Of a stretch of DNA of 46,316 nucleotides, positions 17,081 to 25,960 are shown piece after piece. Below the pieces are notes generated by a model, which ran no database searches, was not told where the DNA came from, and was given only the letters and a program-made list of their open reading frames with translations. Each line of letters begins with the position of its first letter. The stretch's first letter is position 1. The position numbers and the translations under genes were made by a program. The DNA is from SAR324 cluster bacterium (GTDB taxonomy: Bacteria > SAR324 > JACQKK01), in assembly GCA_022573975.1 (NCBI GenBank), contig JACZSY010000002.1, positions 1-46,316 of the forward strand, written 5' to 3'.

Positions 17081-18091
17081 ATGACCCGCCCGAATCTGGT
17101 GCGCCGGAAATACCATGAACGGCTGGTGCTCGACATCATGGAAAAGAGCGATGCGCGGGAGGATTTCCGGGCCGACGTGGAGCTCGGGCTTTCCTCGTCG
17201 CCCAAATCGATTCCCCCCAAATATTTCTACGATGAGCAGGGTTCGCGGCTTTTCGAGCAGATCACCAGGCTGGAGGCCTATTATCCCACCCGCACCGAGG
17301 CTTCCATTCTTTCGGATCATGGGCTGGAGGTGATAGACGCCATGGGCGAGGCGGTGACAATAGTGGAGTTGGGCAGTGGCAGTTCCACCAAGACCCGGCT
17401 GCTGCTGGACATCCTGGCCCACCGGCAGCAACGCGTGGACTACATTCCGATCGACATCTCACCCACCGTGGTGACCCGATTCGGCGAGCAGCTGCTGGCC
17501 GACTATCCCATGCTGCACATCCGCGGACTGATCTGCGATTATCACCAGGCGCTGGATGCGCTGAAGGAGGAACCGGGGCAACGGCGTTTGTTCCTCTTTC
17601 TCGGATCGTCCTTGGGAAACTACCACCCGCACCAGGCGACGGAGTTGCTGCAGGAAGTGCGCGCGGCCATGGCCGATCACGACCGGCTGCTGCTGGGACT
17701 GGACCTGAAGAAGGATCCGGAGGTGCTGCACCTGGCCTACAACGATCCGGAGGGGGTGACCGCCGCGTTCAACCTCAACCTGCTGGAGCGGATCAACCGG
17801 GAACTGGAGGGGCGGTTCGAGTTGGAGCGCTTCGCCCACAAGGCGCTTTACAACCTGGAGGAGGGGAGGATCGAGATGTACCTGGAGAGCATGATGCACC
17901 AGCTCATTCCCATCAAGGCCATGGAGCGCAGTTTCACCTTCCGCCAGGGCGAAACCATCCACACGGAAAATTCCTACAAGTTCGACCGCCAGCGCCTGGA
18001 GAACATTCTCGGGCAATGCGACTTGAAAATCGAGCGCCAGTTCCTGGACCACCGCCAGTGGTTTTCGGTGAATTTGATCGCGCCGCTGTGA
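17081..18091 (+). CDS. egtD: EgtD-type L-histidine N-alpha-methyltransferase family protein
   Basis: Near full-length resemblance to EgtD: PKYFYDEQGSRLFEQITRLEAYYPTRTE, ELGSGSSTKTRLLLD, LGSSLGNY, GVTAAFNLNLLERINREL, EGRIEMYL. GGAAAGGA RBS. Confidence 0.85.
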   Translation: MTRPNLVRRKYHERLVLDIMEKSDAREDFRADVELGLSSSPKSIPPKYFYDEQGSRLFEQITRLEAYYPTRTEASILSDHGLEVIDAMGEAVTIVELGSGSSTKTRLLLDILAHRQQRVDYIPIDISPTVVTRFGEQLLADYPMLHIRGLICDYHQALDALKEEPGQRRLFLFLGSSLGNYHPHQATELLQEVRAAMADHDRLLLGLDLKKDPEVLHLAYNDPEGVTAAFNLNLLERINRELEGRFELERFAHKALYNLEEGRIEMYLESMMHQLIPIKAMERSFTFRQGETIHTENSYKFDRQRLENILGQCDLKIERQFLDHRQWFSVNLIAPL

Positions 18092-18139
18092 TCCGGCATG
18101 CCGGGACGAAGGGCGGGGAGGCGGCCGCCGGATGGGAGA

Positions 18140-18784
18140 TCAAAAGCGCATCAGCCCGTATAAAATAAACTCGCGTTGCTCGAGCGCCGGGTGAATCTCC
18201 GCCCCGGCCATGAAGCGCTCCCCGATCATAAAATCCACCCCCAAAGACATTCCCAGGTTGGTATCGGTGACACTGACCACCCCGATTCCCTGAACGTCCT
18301 GCTCCAGTTCGATCCGTTCATAGACAGCGGCGGCGTACACGTTCAAACCCTCCAGGGGGCTGATATATCCCCCGACGCCCAGATCGATGGACATAAAGTC
18401 GAGATCCTGCCCGGCCGATGAGATGGTGCCCTGGCGATATTGCGCGAGAACGCCCAACTGCATCTTCATGCCGGCCACGGTGATGGCCTTGCCAAGGTTG
18501 TGCCGGTATCCGGCGCCGATTTCATCGCGTTCCACCAGAGCGGAAACATCCTCGGAGGCCAGAAACAAATCGAGCACTCCGGAAGTTCCCAATCCGATAT
18601 TCCCGAAAATCTCGATCCGGTTGTCCCCCAGTCCCAACCCGGCGGCATACATGCCCCCTTTGAAGGAATGAGCGGGGTTCCCCAGCACCAGGGCATGGGC
18701 CGGAAACGACATGGCGATCGCGGCCGCGAGCACTCCACCCGCAATCACTGCAAAAAACCTGATGAGGCGACTCAAAATTGGCAT
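18140..18784 (-). CDS. outer-membrane beta-barrel protein
   Basis: Signal peptide (MPILSRLIRFFAVIAGGVLAAAIAMSFPAHA), alternating-hydrophobic strands and a C-terminal ...YGLMRF with terminal Phe. AGGAGGG RBS before the ATG at 18784. Confidence 0.75.
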   Translation of the reverse strand: MPILSRLIRFFAVIAGGVLAAAIAMSFPAHALVLGNPAHSFKGGMYAAGLGLGDNRIEIFGNIGLGTSGVLDLFLASEDVSALVERDEIGAGYRHNLGKAITVAGMKMQLGVLAQYRQGTISSAGQDLDFMSIDLGVGGYISPLEGLNVYAAAVYERIELEQDVQGIGVVSVTDTNLGMSLGVDFMIGERFMAGAEIHPALEQREFILYGLMRF

Positions 18785-19188
18785 TTCCGCCCTCCTGTTC
18801 CGTGTTCGATGGTCTGTCATGTGGCCGAAACCGGCTGTTTTGGCGGGCGTCTCCTTCCCGGCCTACCGCCCTCGGCCCGTTATCCGCCCTTCATTCCGTC
18901 AGGCCTGTGTATCGTACACCAATTGCAAAAAAATCCTGGGCATGCAACGCCAGGACGTCCCGCCTTGACCCAAGGCGCCATCCGCCGGGCACCCTCTCCG
19001 CGGCGGCCTGGCAGACGATATGGACAGTGAGATGAATGGTGACAGCGAGGATTGCCGGGAAAACGTTCCGCTGGATATTCTTCGGGTCATCGGTTGACTC
19101 GCCGCCCAAACCGTGGATGTGATAACCGTATTTTTTTTACATCATGGCTTCCCGGTCACCCTCCAACCTTGTTGAGACAAAGGCTCCC

Positions 19189-20037
19189 ATGAAATTCGGA
19201 ATATATATTTTTCCCACCGACTATTCCGCCGGCCCTGCCCAAATCGGGCGGGCGGTGGAGGAGCGCGGATTTGAATCGCTCTTTTTCCCGGAACACACTC
19301 ACATTCCGGCCAGCCGCGAAACCCCATTCCCCGGCGGAGGCGACCTGCCCCGCGAATACTCCCACAGCCTGGATCCGTTCGTGGCCTTGACCGCCGCGGC
19401 CGCGGTCACCACCACGCTCAAGGTGGCCACGGGCATTTGCCTGGTGATCGAACGGGATCCGATCACGCTGGCCAAGCAGGTGGCGAGTCTGGACCTGGTC
19501 TCTGGCGGCCGCTTCCTGTTCGGCATCGGCGGGGGATGGAACCGGGAGGAAATGGAGAACCACGGCACCGATTACTCCCGCCGTTGGAAACGCCTGCGCG
19601 AAAGCATCGAAGCCATGAAGACGATCTGGAGCGAGGAGGAAGCCTCCTACGAGGGGGAGTTCGTCCGCTTCGAACGCATCTGGAGTTGGCCCAAGCCGCT
19701 GCAATCGCCCCACCCTCCCGTGATCGTGGGCGGCAATGGCGAGCGCACCCTGCAAAGGGTGATTCGCTATGGCGACGAGTGGATGCCTATCGGGCTGAGC
19801 GCCAACGCCGGGCTGGAGCCCCGCATCCAGGAACTGAGAGAGATGGCCGCCGCCGCGGGCCGGGGGCATATTCCGGTCACCATCTTCGGGCTCAGCGCCA
19901 ATGCGGAGGAAATACAAAAGGCGGCCGCGGCCGGCGCGGAGCGAATCGTTTTTCCCGTTCGCCCGGCTGGGCTGGAGGACGTGGAGCGGCGCCTGGACAC
20001 CTTGGCCGAGGTAATCGCGCCCCTGAAAGACTTGTAA
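19189..20037 (+). CDS. luciferase-like monooxygenase (LLM) class, F420-dependent-type oxidoreductase
   Basis: MKFGIYIFPTDY..., FESLFFPEHTHIP, LDLVSGGRFLFGIGGGWNREE and PPVIVGGNG are typical of the LLM/F420 TIGR03619-like group. Confidence 0.82.
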   Translation: MKFGIYIFPTDYSAGPAQIGRAVEERGFESLFFPEHTHIPASRETPFPGGGDLPREYSHSLDPFVALTAAAAVTTTLKVATGICLVIERDPITLAKQVASLDLVSGGRFLFGIGGGWNREEMENHGTDYSRRWKRLRESIEAMKTIWSEEEASYEGEFVRFERIWSWPKPLQSPHPPVIVGGNGERTLQRVIRYGDEWMPIGLSANAGLEPRIQELREMAAAAGRGHIPVTIFGLSANAEEIQKAAAAGAERIVFPVRPAGLEDVERRLDTLAEVIAPLKDL

Positions 20038-20050
20038 CCCGGCCATTGTG

Positions 20051-20078
20051 GATCACGGTCGCGGGATCACGGTCGCGG
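20051..20078. repeat. 2 x 14-nt perfect tandem repeat (gatcacggtcgcgg) in a convergent intergenic spacer
   Basis: Read directly in the sequence. Confidence 0.9.
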
Positions 20079-20091
20079 AACCCCGTGCGGA

Positions 20092-21646
20092 TCAGGAGAT
20101 TCCCTGGTGTTCCTCCATCAGGGTTTCGCGCACCATTTTGAAGAGCAAATTTGGCCGGAAGGGTTTTTGGATCAATTTCGCCCCGTTGGCACTGATGAAA
20201 TCGTTGTCGATGGTCTCGGCGGTGTATCCCGTGCTGAACAACACCGGCAGGGTGGGGTTCCTGGCGCGCAACGCCAGGAAGGCCTCCCGGCCCGTCCATT
20301 TTTGGCATCACCACGTCCAGGATGGCCATGGCCACCTTTCCTGGATTCCGGTCGTAAACCTCCAGGGCCTCTTCCCCGTTCACCGCGGAAATGACGTCGT
20401 AACCCTGGCCTTCCAGCAAGTTGACCACCAAACGCAGCACCTCCCCATCGTCCTCCGCGACCAAAATGGTTTCGCCTCCTCCTTTTACCTCCAGAATTTC
20501 CTCCCGGATGGCGGGCAGCACCTCCTTTTTTGAGGCGGGAAGGTAAATCGAAAAGACCGTTCCCTGCCCCTCCTTGCTTTCCACCTCGATGATTCCGCCG
20601 TGCTGCTGAACGACCCCGTAGACCATGGAGAGCCCCAATCCGGTGCCCTTGCCGGTCTCCTTGGTGGTGAAAAACGGTTCGAAAATATGTTCCAGGTTTT
20701 CCGGGGAAATTCCCGTTCCTGAATCCTCGACGCGGATACAAACGAATTCATCGCCGGGAGCGATACCATGTAGCCTGGCGAATTCCTCGTCCGCCTGGAA
20801 ATTGCCGGTTCCGATGGTAAGGTTTCCACCCCCGGACATGGCGTCCCGGGCATTGACGATCAGGTTGATCAGCACCTGTTCCAGCATGGCCGAATCGCCC
20901 TCGATGGGATGGACCCGCTCATCGCTGTGTTCCACCTTCAGGTCGATGTCCTCACCGATGAGCCGGTGCATCATCGACATCAGGTCCGCTATGACCAGGC
21001 CGGTATCGAGCGTGCGGGTGGAGATCACATCGCGGCGGTTCAGGGCCAGCAGTCTGCGGGCCAGCGTGGTGGCGCCTTCCGCGGCCTTGAGAACCCGGGA
21101 AAGATATTGCTGCCCGGAATGCTCCGAATCCAGCTTGGATTGGGCCAGTTCCGTATATCCATGAATGATCTGGAGGATATTGTTGAATTCGTGCGCGACC
21201 CCTCCGGCCAGTTGGCCGACCGCTTCCATTTTTTGAGCGTGACGCAATTGATTTTCCAACTGGATGCGGTCGGATACGTCCAGCACCGTGATTTGCAACA
21301 GCAAATCGCCAAACCAGTCGATCACCTGGAAATACCCTTCCAGTTGATGCCGCCTTCCGCCTTTTCCGATGCCGTGGGCTTCGAAGGTGGTCGCCTGTCC
21401 CGGCCCTTTTTGCAAGGCCTGATTGGATATATCCGTCAACCTCGCAAATTCCCCCGGCTCCAGCAGCGGCTCCAAATTGTTCAGAGCCATCACATCCTGC
21501 GTCGGAGTGGGCTGCACCGAATCGATCGACGGGGCCTGGGCCTTGGCGGAATTTTGCAGGCCTTGGCGGGCTTCCACCAGGGAATACGGATAGAGCGGAT
21601 TGAACAATGGGGCGGTAATCGACAGGGTGCGGACGGCCAAGGCCAA
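20092..21646 (-). pseudogene. hybrid sensor histidine kinase / response regulator (PAS fragment-HisKA-HATPase-REC) with a 1-nt frameshift in the receiver domain
   Basis: HisKA is AGGVAHEFNNILQII, HATPase is DSGTGI...GTGLGLSMV and REC is ILVAEDD...DVVMPKMDG. After MDG the annotated frame turns into Pro/Arg-rich nonsense that overlaps the LLM gene. Shifting one base in the G/C run at 20286-20293 gives REAFLALRARNPTLPVLFSTGYTAE...KPFRPNLLFKMVRETLMEEHQGIS, which stops at 20092. Confidence 0.8.
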
Positions 21647-21762
21647 ATTCAGGTCGTATTCGTTTAATATGGAAGTTCGTGCTCAAATCGATACCGCTCC
21701 GAGAGCAGGAATTTCCCGTACCGTCCGCCAACATGGAGAAAAAACAAGACCTCTTTGGGGGA

Positions 21763-21793
21763 TTGACAGTTCATTTCCGTAATGTCCTATATT
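21763..21793 (+). promoter_or_regulatory. possible sigma70-type promoter (TTGACA ... TATATT) in the 490-bp gap upstream of the EamA gene
   Basis: Perfect -35 hexamer at 21763-21768. The -10 candidates are TCCTAT (17-nt spacer) or TATATT (19-nt spacer). No experimental support. Confidence 0.25.
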
Positions 21794-22133
21794 TTATAAC
21801 GCTCCAAATGAGAAAAGGTCGCGTCCCGCACGGCGATTCAGGTTGTCCCCCCCCGCTCCGGGAAATGAACGGCCACGGCCCGTGCGCTCGTTTCTCCGGG
21901 TGCTCAACTTTCCGCGATTTGATACAAGTGCTCATGCGGACAAAAAGGGCACTGGGGACCATGGGGCCCAGGAAATCGCCAGCGGCCCGCCGCCGGAAAA
22001 GCGGCTGCATTACCTGCAAAGCACTTCATCCGGCGGTGCGATTTTGCCCGGCTTCCCGTCAAGCGGCGGGGAATGGCGCCGCCAGGAAAGAATCGATCCA
22101 GGGAAGACGCGGCGTGGCTGAAGGGATGACGGG

Positions 22134-23006
22134 ATGATCGAGACCGCCGGGGTGACCGTGCTGGCCCTGCTGGCCTCGCTTCACTTCGCGGTGGGCGCAT
22201 TGCTGGTCAAACGGGGATTGCACCAAACCGATTCGGTCAGCGGCTCGATAATCACCATCGCCACCTCCCTGGTCATTTTCGGCGCCGCGGCGGTTTTCAC
22301 CATGGAGCGGGCGGAATGGTCTTCGCCGGCCATCTGGATTTTCGCCGCCATTGGCCTGTTGCGGCCCTCTTTTTCCACCATGCTGGCCAATGAGGGCAAG
22401 CACCGGCTGGGGCCCACCATCTCCGCCACGGTGGAGGCGGCCTCTCCCTTGTTCGCCGTGATGGGGGGCATATTGCTGCTCTCGGAGCCTGTGGAGGCGA
22501 CCACCCTGATCGGCGCGGCGGGAGTGGTGGCGGGGATCATGTTGCTCTGCCTGCGCGGCCGCGGTTCGGCGCGGTGGAGCCCGCTGGCGCTGCTGTTTCC
22601 GTTCTGCGCGGCCCTGATCCGCTCGGGGGCCCATGTGGGCGCGCGCTGGGGATTGACCCTGCTCCCCAATGTGATCCTCACCGGCATGATCGCCTATGCG
22701 GTTTCCTTCCTGATCGCCTCTTCCACGGCGGGTTTGGGGCGGAAATTGATGGGCACAAGGCGGGCCTTGCAGGGCTGGAAATGGTTCGTGCTGGCGGGGC
22801 TGGCCAATTCTGGAGCGATTTTCACGCTCAACTCGGCCCTGATGCTGGGTAGCGTGTCCAGGGTTTCTCCGCTCATCGCCACCTATCCCCTCTTCACCAT
22901 GATCCTCAGCGCGGTGTTCTACCGGCAGGAACCGATCACGCGCCTCACGGTGTTGGCGGTGGCCATCGTGGTGCCCTCGGTGATGCTGATCACCCTGGGG
23001 CATTGA
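22134..23006 (+). CDS. EamA/DMT-superfamily transporter
   Basis: 290 aa with ~10 hydrophobic helices in two EamA-like halves. Confidence 0.8.
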   Translation: MIETAGVTVLALLASLHFAVGALLVKRGLHQTDSVSGSIITIATSLVIFGAAAVFTMERAEWSSPAIWIFAAIGLLRPSFSTMLANEGKHRLGPTISATVEAASPLFAVMGGILLLSEPVEATTLIGAAGVVAGIMLLCLRGRGSARWSPLALLFPFCAALIRSGAHVGARWGLTLLPNVILTGMIAYAVSFLIASSTAGLGRKLMGTRRALQGWKWFVLAGLANSGAIFTLNSALMLGSVSRVSPLIATYPLFTMILSAVFYRQEPITRLTVLAVAIVVPSVMLITLGH

Positions 23007-23007
23007 G

Positions 23008-23055
23008 AGGGCATCGGGGAGGGCATCGGGGAGGGATCGGGGAGGGATCGGGGGG
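23008..23055 (+). repeat. G-tract tandem repeat (2 x AGGGCATCGGGG, then 2 x AGGGATCGGGG), eight G3-6 runs with 1-4-nt loops
   Basis: Starts 2 nt after the EamA stop codon. Fits the G3+N1-7 quadruplex pattern twice over. Complementary CCCTCCCC boxes lie at 23084-23095 and 23119-23131. Confidence 0.85.
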
Positions 23056-23187
23056 CGGCCAGGACCTGAAAAACCGGTAAACACCCTCCCCCGGAACATG
23101 GTTCGCGTTGACGGAAAACCCCTCCCCCGGATACGGTAGGGAAAAGGATACGGTGCCCCACCCCCCTCAATGCGCGAGAACGCCACC

Positions 23188-24561
23188 ATGACCGAAACGT
23201 TGACCCCCGCCGCCAAGGCGGACGTTGCACATCACCTTCATCCCTACACCAATCTGGCCCGCCACGAGGAGACCGGACCGCTCATTTTGACGCACGGCAA
23301 GGGCGTTCATGTTTACGACGAGCAAGGCCGCGAATACATCGAAGGCATGGCTGGGCTGTGGTGCGCCTCCCTGGGCTTCGGGGAGGAAGCCCTGGCCGAT
23401 GCGGCCTTTCAACAACTGAAAAAATTGCCCTACTACCACACCTTCTCCTCCAAAAGCACCGGCCCGGTGATCGAGCTGGCGGAAAAACTGATAGCGGTGG
23501 CGCCCGTTCCCATGTCCAAGGTGTTGTTCACCAATTCCGGCTCGGAGGCCAACGACACGGTGGTCAAGCTGATCTGGTACTTCAACAACGCCCTGGGCCG
23601 CCCAGAGAAAAAGAAGATCATCTCGCGCATCAAGGGGTACCACGGCGTCACGGTGGCCAGCGCCAGCCTGACAGGGTTGCCCTTCAACCACCGGGACTTC
23701 GACCTGCCCATCGCGCGCATTCTCCATGCCGAGTGCCCGCACCATTACCGCTTCGGCAAGGAAGGGGAGAGCGAGGAGGCGTTCTCCACCCGGATGGCGG
23801 AAACCCTGGACGCGATGATCATCGAAGAAGGCCCCGACACCGTCGCCGCCTTCTTCGCCGAACCGGTGATGGGCGCCGGAGGCGTAATCCTTCCCCCGCG
23901 GGGATATTTCGAGAAGGTGCAAGCCGTGTTGAAAAAGCACGACGTGCTGATGATCGCCGACGAGGTGATCTGCGGTTTCGGACGCACCGGAGCGTTCTGG
24001 GGCAGCCAGACCTACGATATCCGCCCGGACATGCTGGTCTGTTCCAAGGCCCTCTCGGCGGGATACCTGCCCATCTCGGCCATCCTCATCTCCGAGCCTG
24101 TGTACCAGGGAATGGTCGAAGAAAGCCGCAAGATCGGCATCTTCGGCCATGGCTTCACCCAATCGGGAAATCCCACCTGCGCCGCCGTGGCCCTGAAAAC
24201 CATGGAATTGATGGAATCGCGGGACGTGATCGGCCACGTCCGGCAGGTGGCCCCGCATTTCCAGGCCAAACTGCGCGCCTTCGCCGATCACCCGCTGGTG
24301 GGCGAGGTGCGGGGCGTGGGGTTGCTCGGCGGCATCGAACTGGTGGCGGACAAGTCCACCAAGGCTCCTTTCGAGATGAGCCAGCGCATCGGCGCCTACC
24401 TTGGAGAACAGGCCCAGCAGCGCGGCCTGATTGTTCGCCCCATCATCGACACCATTGCCTTTTGCCCGCCTTTGATCATCGGCGAGGAGGAAATCGATCA
24501 AATGTTCGAGCGTTTTTCAGGCGCGCTGGAAGCAACCCTGTCCTGGGTCAGGAAGGGGTAG
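23188..24561 (+). CDS. class III PLP-dependent aminotransferase (omega-amino acid:pyruvate type)
   Basis: Close layout match to omega-transaminases: HHLHPYTN, GMAGLWCASLGFG, FTNSGSEANDT, EPVMGAGGVI, ADEVICGFGRTG, SKALSAGYLP. An alternative ATG lies at 23170. Confidence 0.9.
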   Translation: MTETLTPAAKADVAHHLHPYTNLARHEETGPLILTHGKGVHVYDEQGREYIEGMAGLWCASLGFGEEALADAAFQQLKKLPYYHTFSSKSTGPVIELAEKLIAVAPVPMSKVLFTNSGSEANDTVVKLIWYFNNALGRPEKKKIISRIKGYHGVTVASASLTGLPFNHRDFDLPIARILHAECPHHYRFGKEGESEEAFSTRMAETLDAMIIEEGPDTVAAFFAEPVMGAGGVILPPRGYFEKVQAVLKKHDVLMIADEVICGFGRTGAFWGSQTYDIRPDMLVCSKALSAGYLPISAILISEPVYQGMVEESRKIGIFGHGFTQSGNPTCAAVALKTMELMESRDVIGHVRQVAPHFQAKLRAFADHPLVGEVRGVGLLGGIELVADKSTKAPFEMSQRIGAYLGEQAQQRGLIVRPIIDTIAFCPPLIIGEEEIDQMFERFSGALEATLSWVRKG

Positions 24562-24567
24562 CGCCTT

Positions 24568-24646
24568 GCGGGCGGCGCCCTGGGTACCATCCACCGTGGG
24601 GAGCACAGCGGGCGGCACCCTGGGGAACACCGTGGGGAGCACAGCG
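24568..24646. repeat. ~2.5 copies of a 37-40-nt tandem repeat (gcgggcggc[g/a]ccctgg...caccgtggggagcaca) directly after the aminotransferase stop
   Basis: Read directly in the sequence. Confidence 0.85.
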
Positions 24647-24675
24647 GGCGGCGCAACCCGCGCCGTTTATTTTTT
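24647..24675 (+). terminator. rho-independent terminator (CGGCGC-aaccc-GCGCCG followed by TTTATTTTTT)
   Basis: GC stem followed by a T-run. The T-run overlaps the stop codon of the convergent GT4 gene. Confidence 0.7.
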
Positions 24676-25837
24676 AGAGGGCCTTCTCCCCCGCGATTTC
24701 GTCCAGCAACTCGTCATAGACCCGCATCGTGTCGGCTGTAATTTTCTTGATCGAAAAGCGCCGCAGCACCATTTCACGGCCTTTGCGGCCCATGGATTTC
24801 CGCAATTCCCCATCGCCGATCAGCCTGCCCAGGGCTTCCGCCAGCCGGGCCGGGTCGCGGGGCGGCGCCAACAGGCCGTTGTGACCGTCCCGCACGATTT
24901 CGCGGCATCCCGGCATGTCGGTGGAGACCAACGGCCTACCGCAGGAGGCGCCCTCGATGAGGGCTTTGGGAATTCCTTCCCGGTAGAAACTTGGCAGGCA
25001 GACGATATGGCTCCGCGCGATCAGGGCGGGCATGTCGTGCTGAAATCCGATCCACTCGATGAAGGTCTCCGAATTCCAGGCGGCGAGGGTCTCCTCGTTG
25101 ATGGAAGCCGGGTTTTGCGGATCGGGCGCCCCCGCCAGCACCAGCCGAAAGTCCAGGCCTTCGGCATGGAGCAGGCGGCAAGCCTCGACGGCATCCCCCA
25201 CCCCTTTGTCCCACAACATTCGGGAGGGCAGCAGAATCCGCACAGGGGGGGCTGGATCATCGGACGGGCGGAACACCTCCTCGTCGACGCCGGAACCGGG
25301 GATAACCAGGGATCGGCCGGGCGCCACCAATCCTTGATCGATAAACTGGTTCCGGTCATCGGAATTTTGGAAGATCACCCGCGAATTGGGTGCGCCCAGC
25401 ACGTTTCCGTAACCCCACTCGGCCACCTTTCGCAGCAACCATCTGGACGGGCCCTCTCCACTGAACACGTACCCCAGCCCCGTAATCTGGTTGACGATGG
25501 CGGGAATCTTCTGCCCGCGGGCGGCCCAGCTGCCGATGACGATGGGTTTGAAGGTGGTCTGGTGCACCAGGTCGGGCCGGAAAGCGCCATAGGCCCGGCG
25601 CACGTCGAAAAAAGTGAGCAATTCCTTGATTGGATTGAGGTTTCCACGGAAAAAACGCACCGGGAAGAACAAGAAGCCGGCCTCCTCGATTTCGGGGCGC
25701 ATGAGCCCATCCGGCGCCGCCACGGCCGTAATCGCTCCTGTCTCCCGCACGGCCTTGGCGATGGGGAGGCGGTGGGTAAAAAAGAAATTGTCGTCGTTGG
25801 CCAGGAAAAGAACGCGCAACGGTTGCGGATTGTTCAT
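24674..25837 (-). CDS. family 4 (GT-B, group 1) glycosyltransferase
   Basis: The C-terminal half carries the GT1/GT4 signature (LPSFYREGIPKALIEGASCGRPLVSTD.PGCREIV). Start taken at MNNPQP, preceded by GGAAAGGG. Confidence 0.85.
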   Translation of the reverse strand: MNNPQPLRVLFLANDDNFFFTHRLPIAKAVRETGAITAVAAPDGLMRPEIEEAGFLFFPVRFFRGNLNPIKELLTFFDVRRAYGAFRPDLVHQTTFKPIVIGSWAARGQKIPAIVNQITGLGYVFSGEGPSRWLLRKVAEWGYGNVLGAPNSRVIFQNSDDRNQFIDQGLVAPGRSLVIPGSGVDEEVFRPSDDPAPPVRILLPSRMLWDKGVGDAVEACRLLHAEGLDFRLVLAGAPDPQNPASINEETLAAWNSETFIEWIGFQHDMPALIARSHIVCLPSFYREGIPKALIEGASCGRPLVSTDMPGCREIVRDGHNGLLAPPRDPARLAEALGRLIGDGELRKSMGRKGREMVLRRFSIKKITADTMRVYDELLDEIAGEKAL

Positions 25838-25960
25838 ACGGCCCTTTCCACATCGGTGTGCCCTGGACCCGCCATCGGGCGGGCACACTCTCCGTTGGAG
25901 GGGGGCGATTCGCGCCAGGGTTTTATCGATTTTCGCACCCTGTAACCTTCGCGGAAGCGG

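Noticed and set aside
21679-22137. A 152-aa ORF filling the spacer upstream of the EamA gene.
   Set aside because: It has Arg/Cys/Pro-rich composition, no motifs and no RBS, and it reads straight into the EamA start. I treated the region as non-coding leader.
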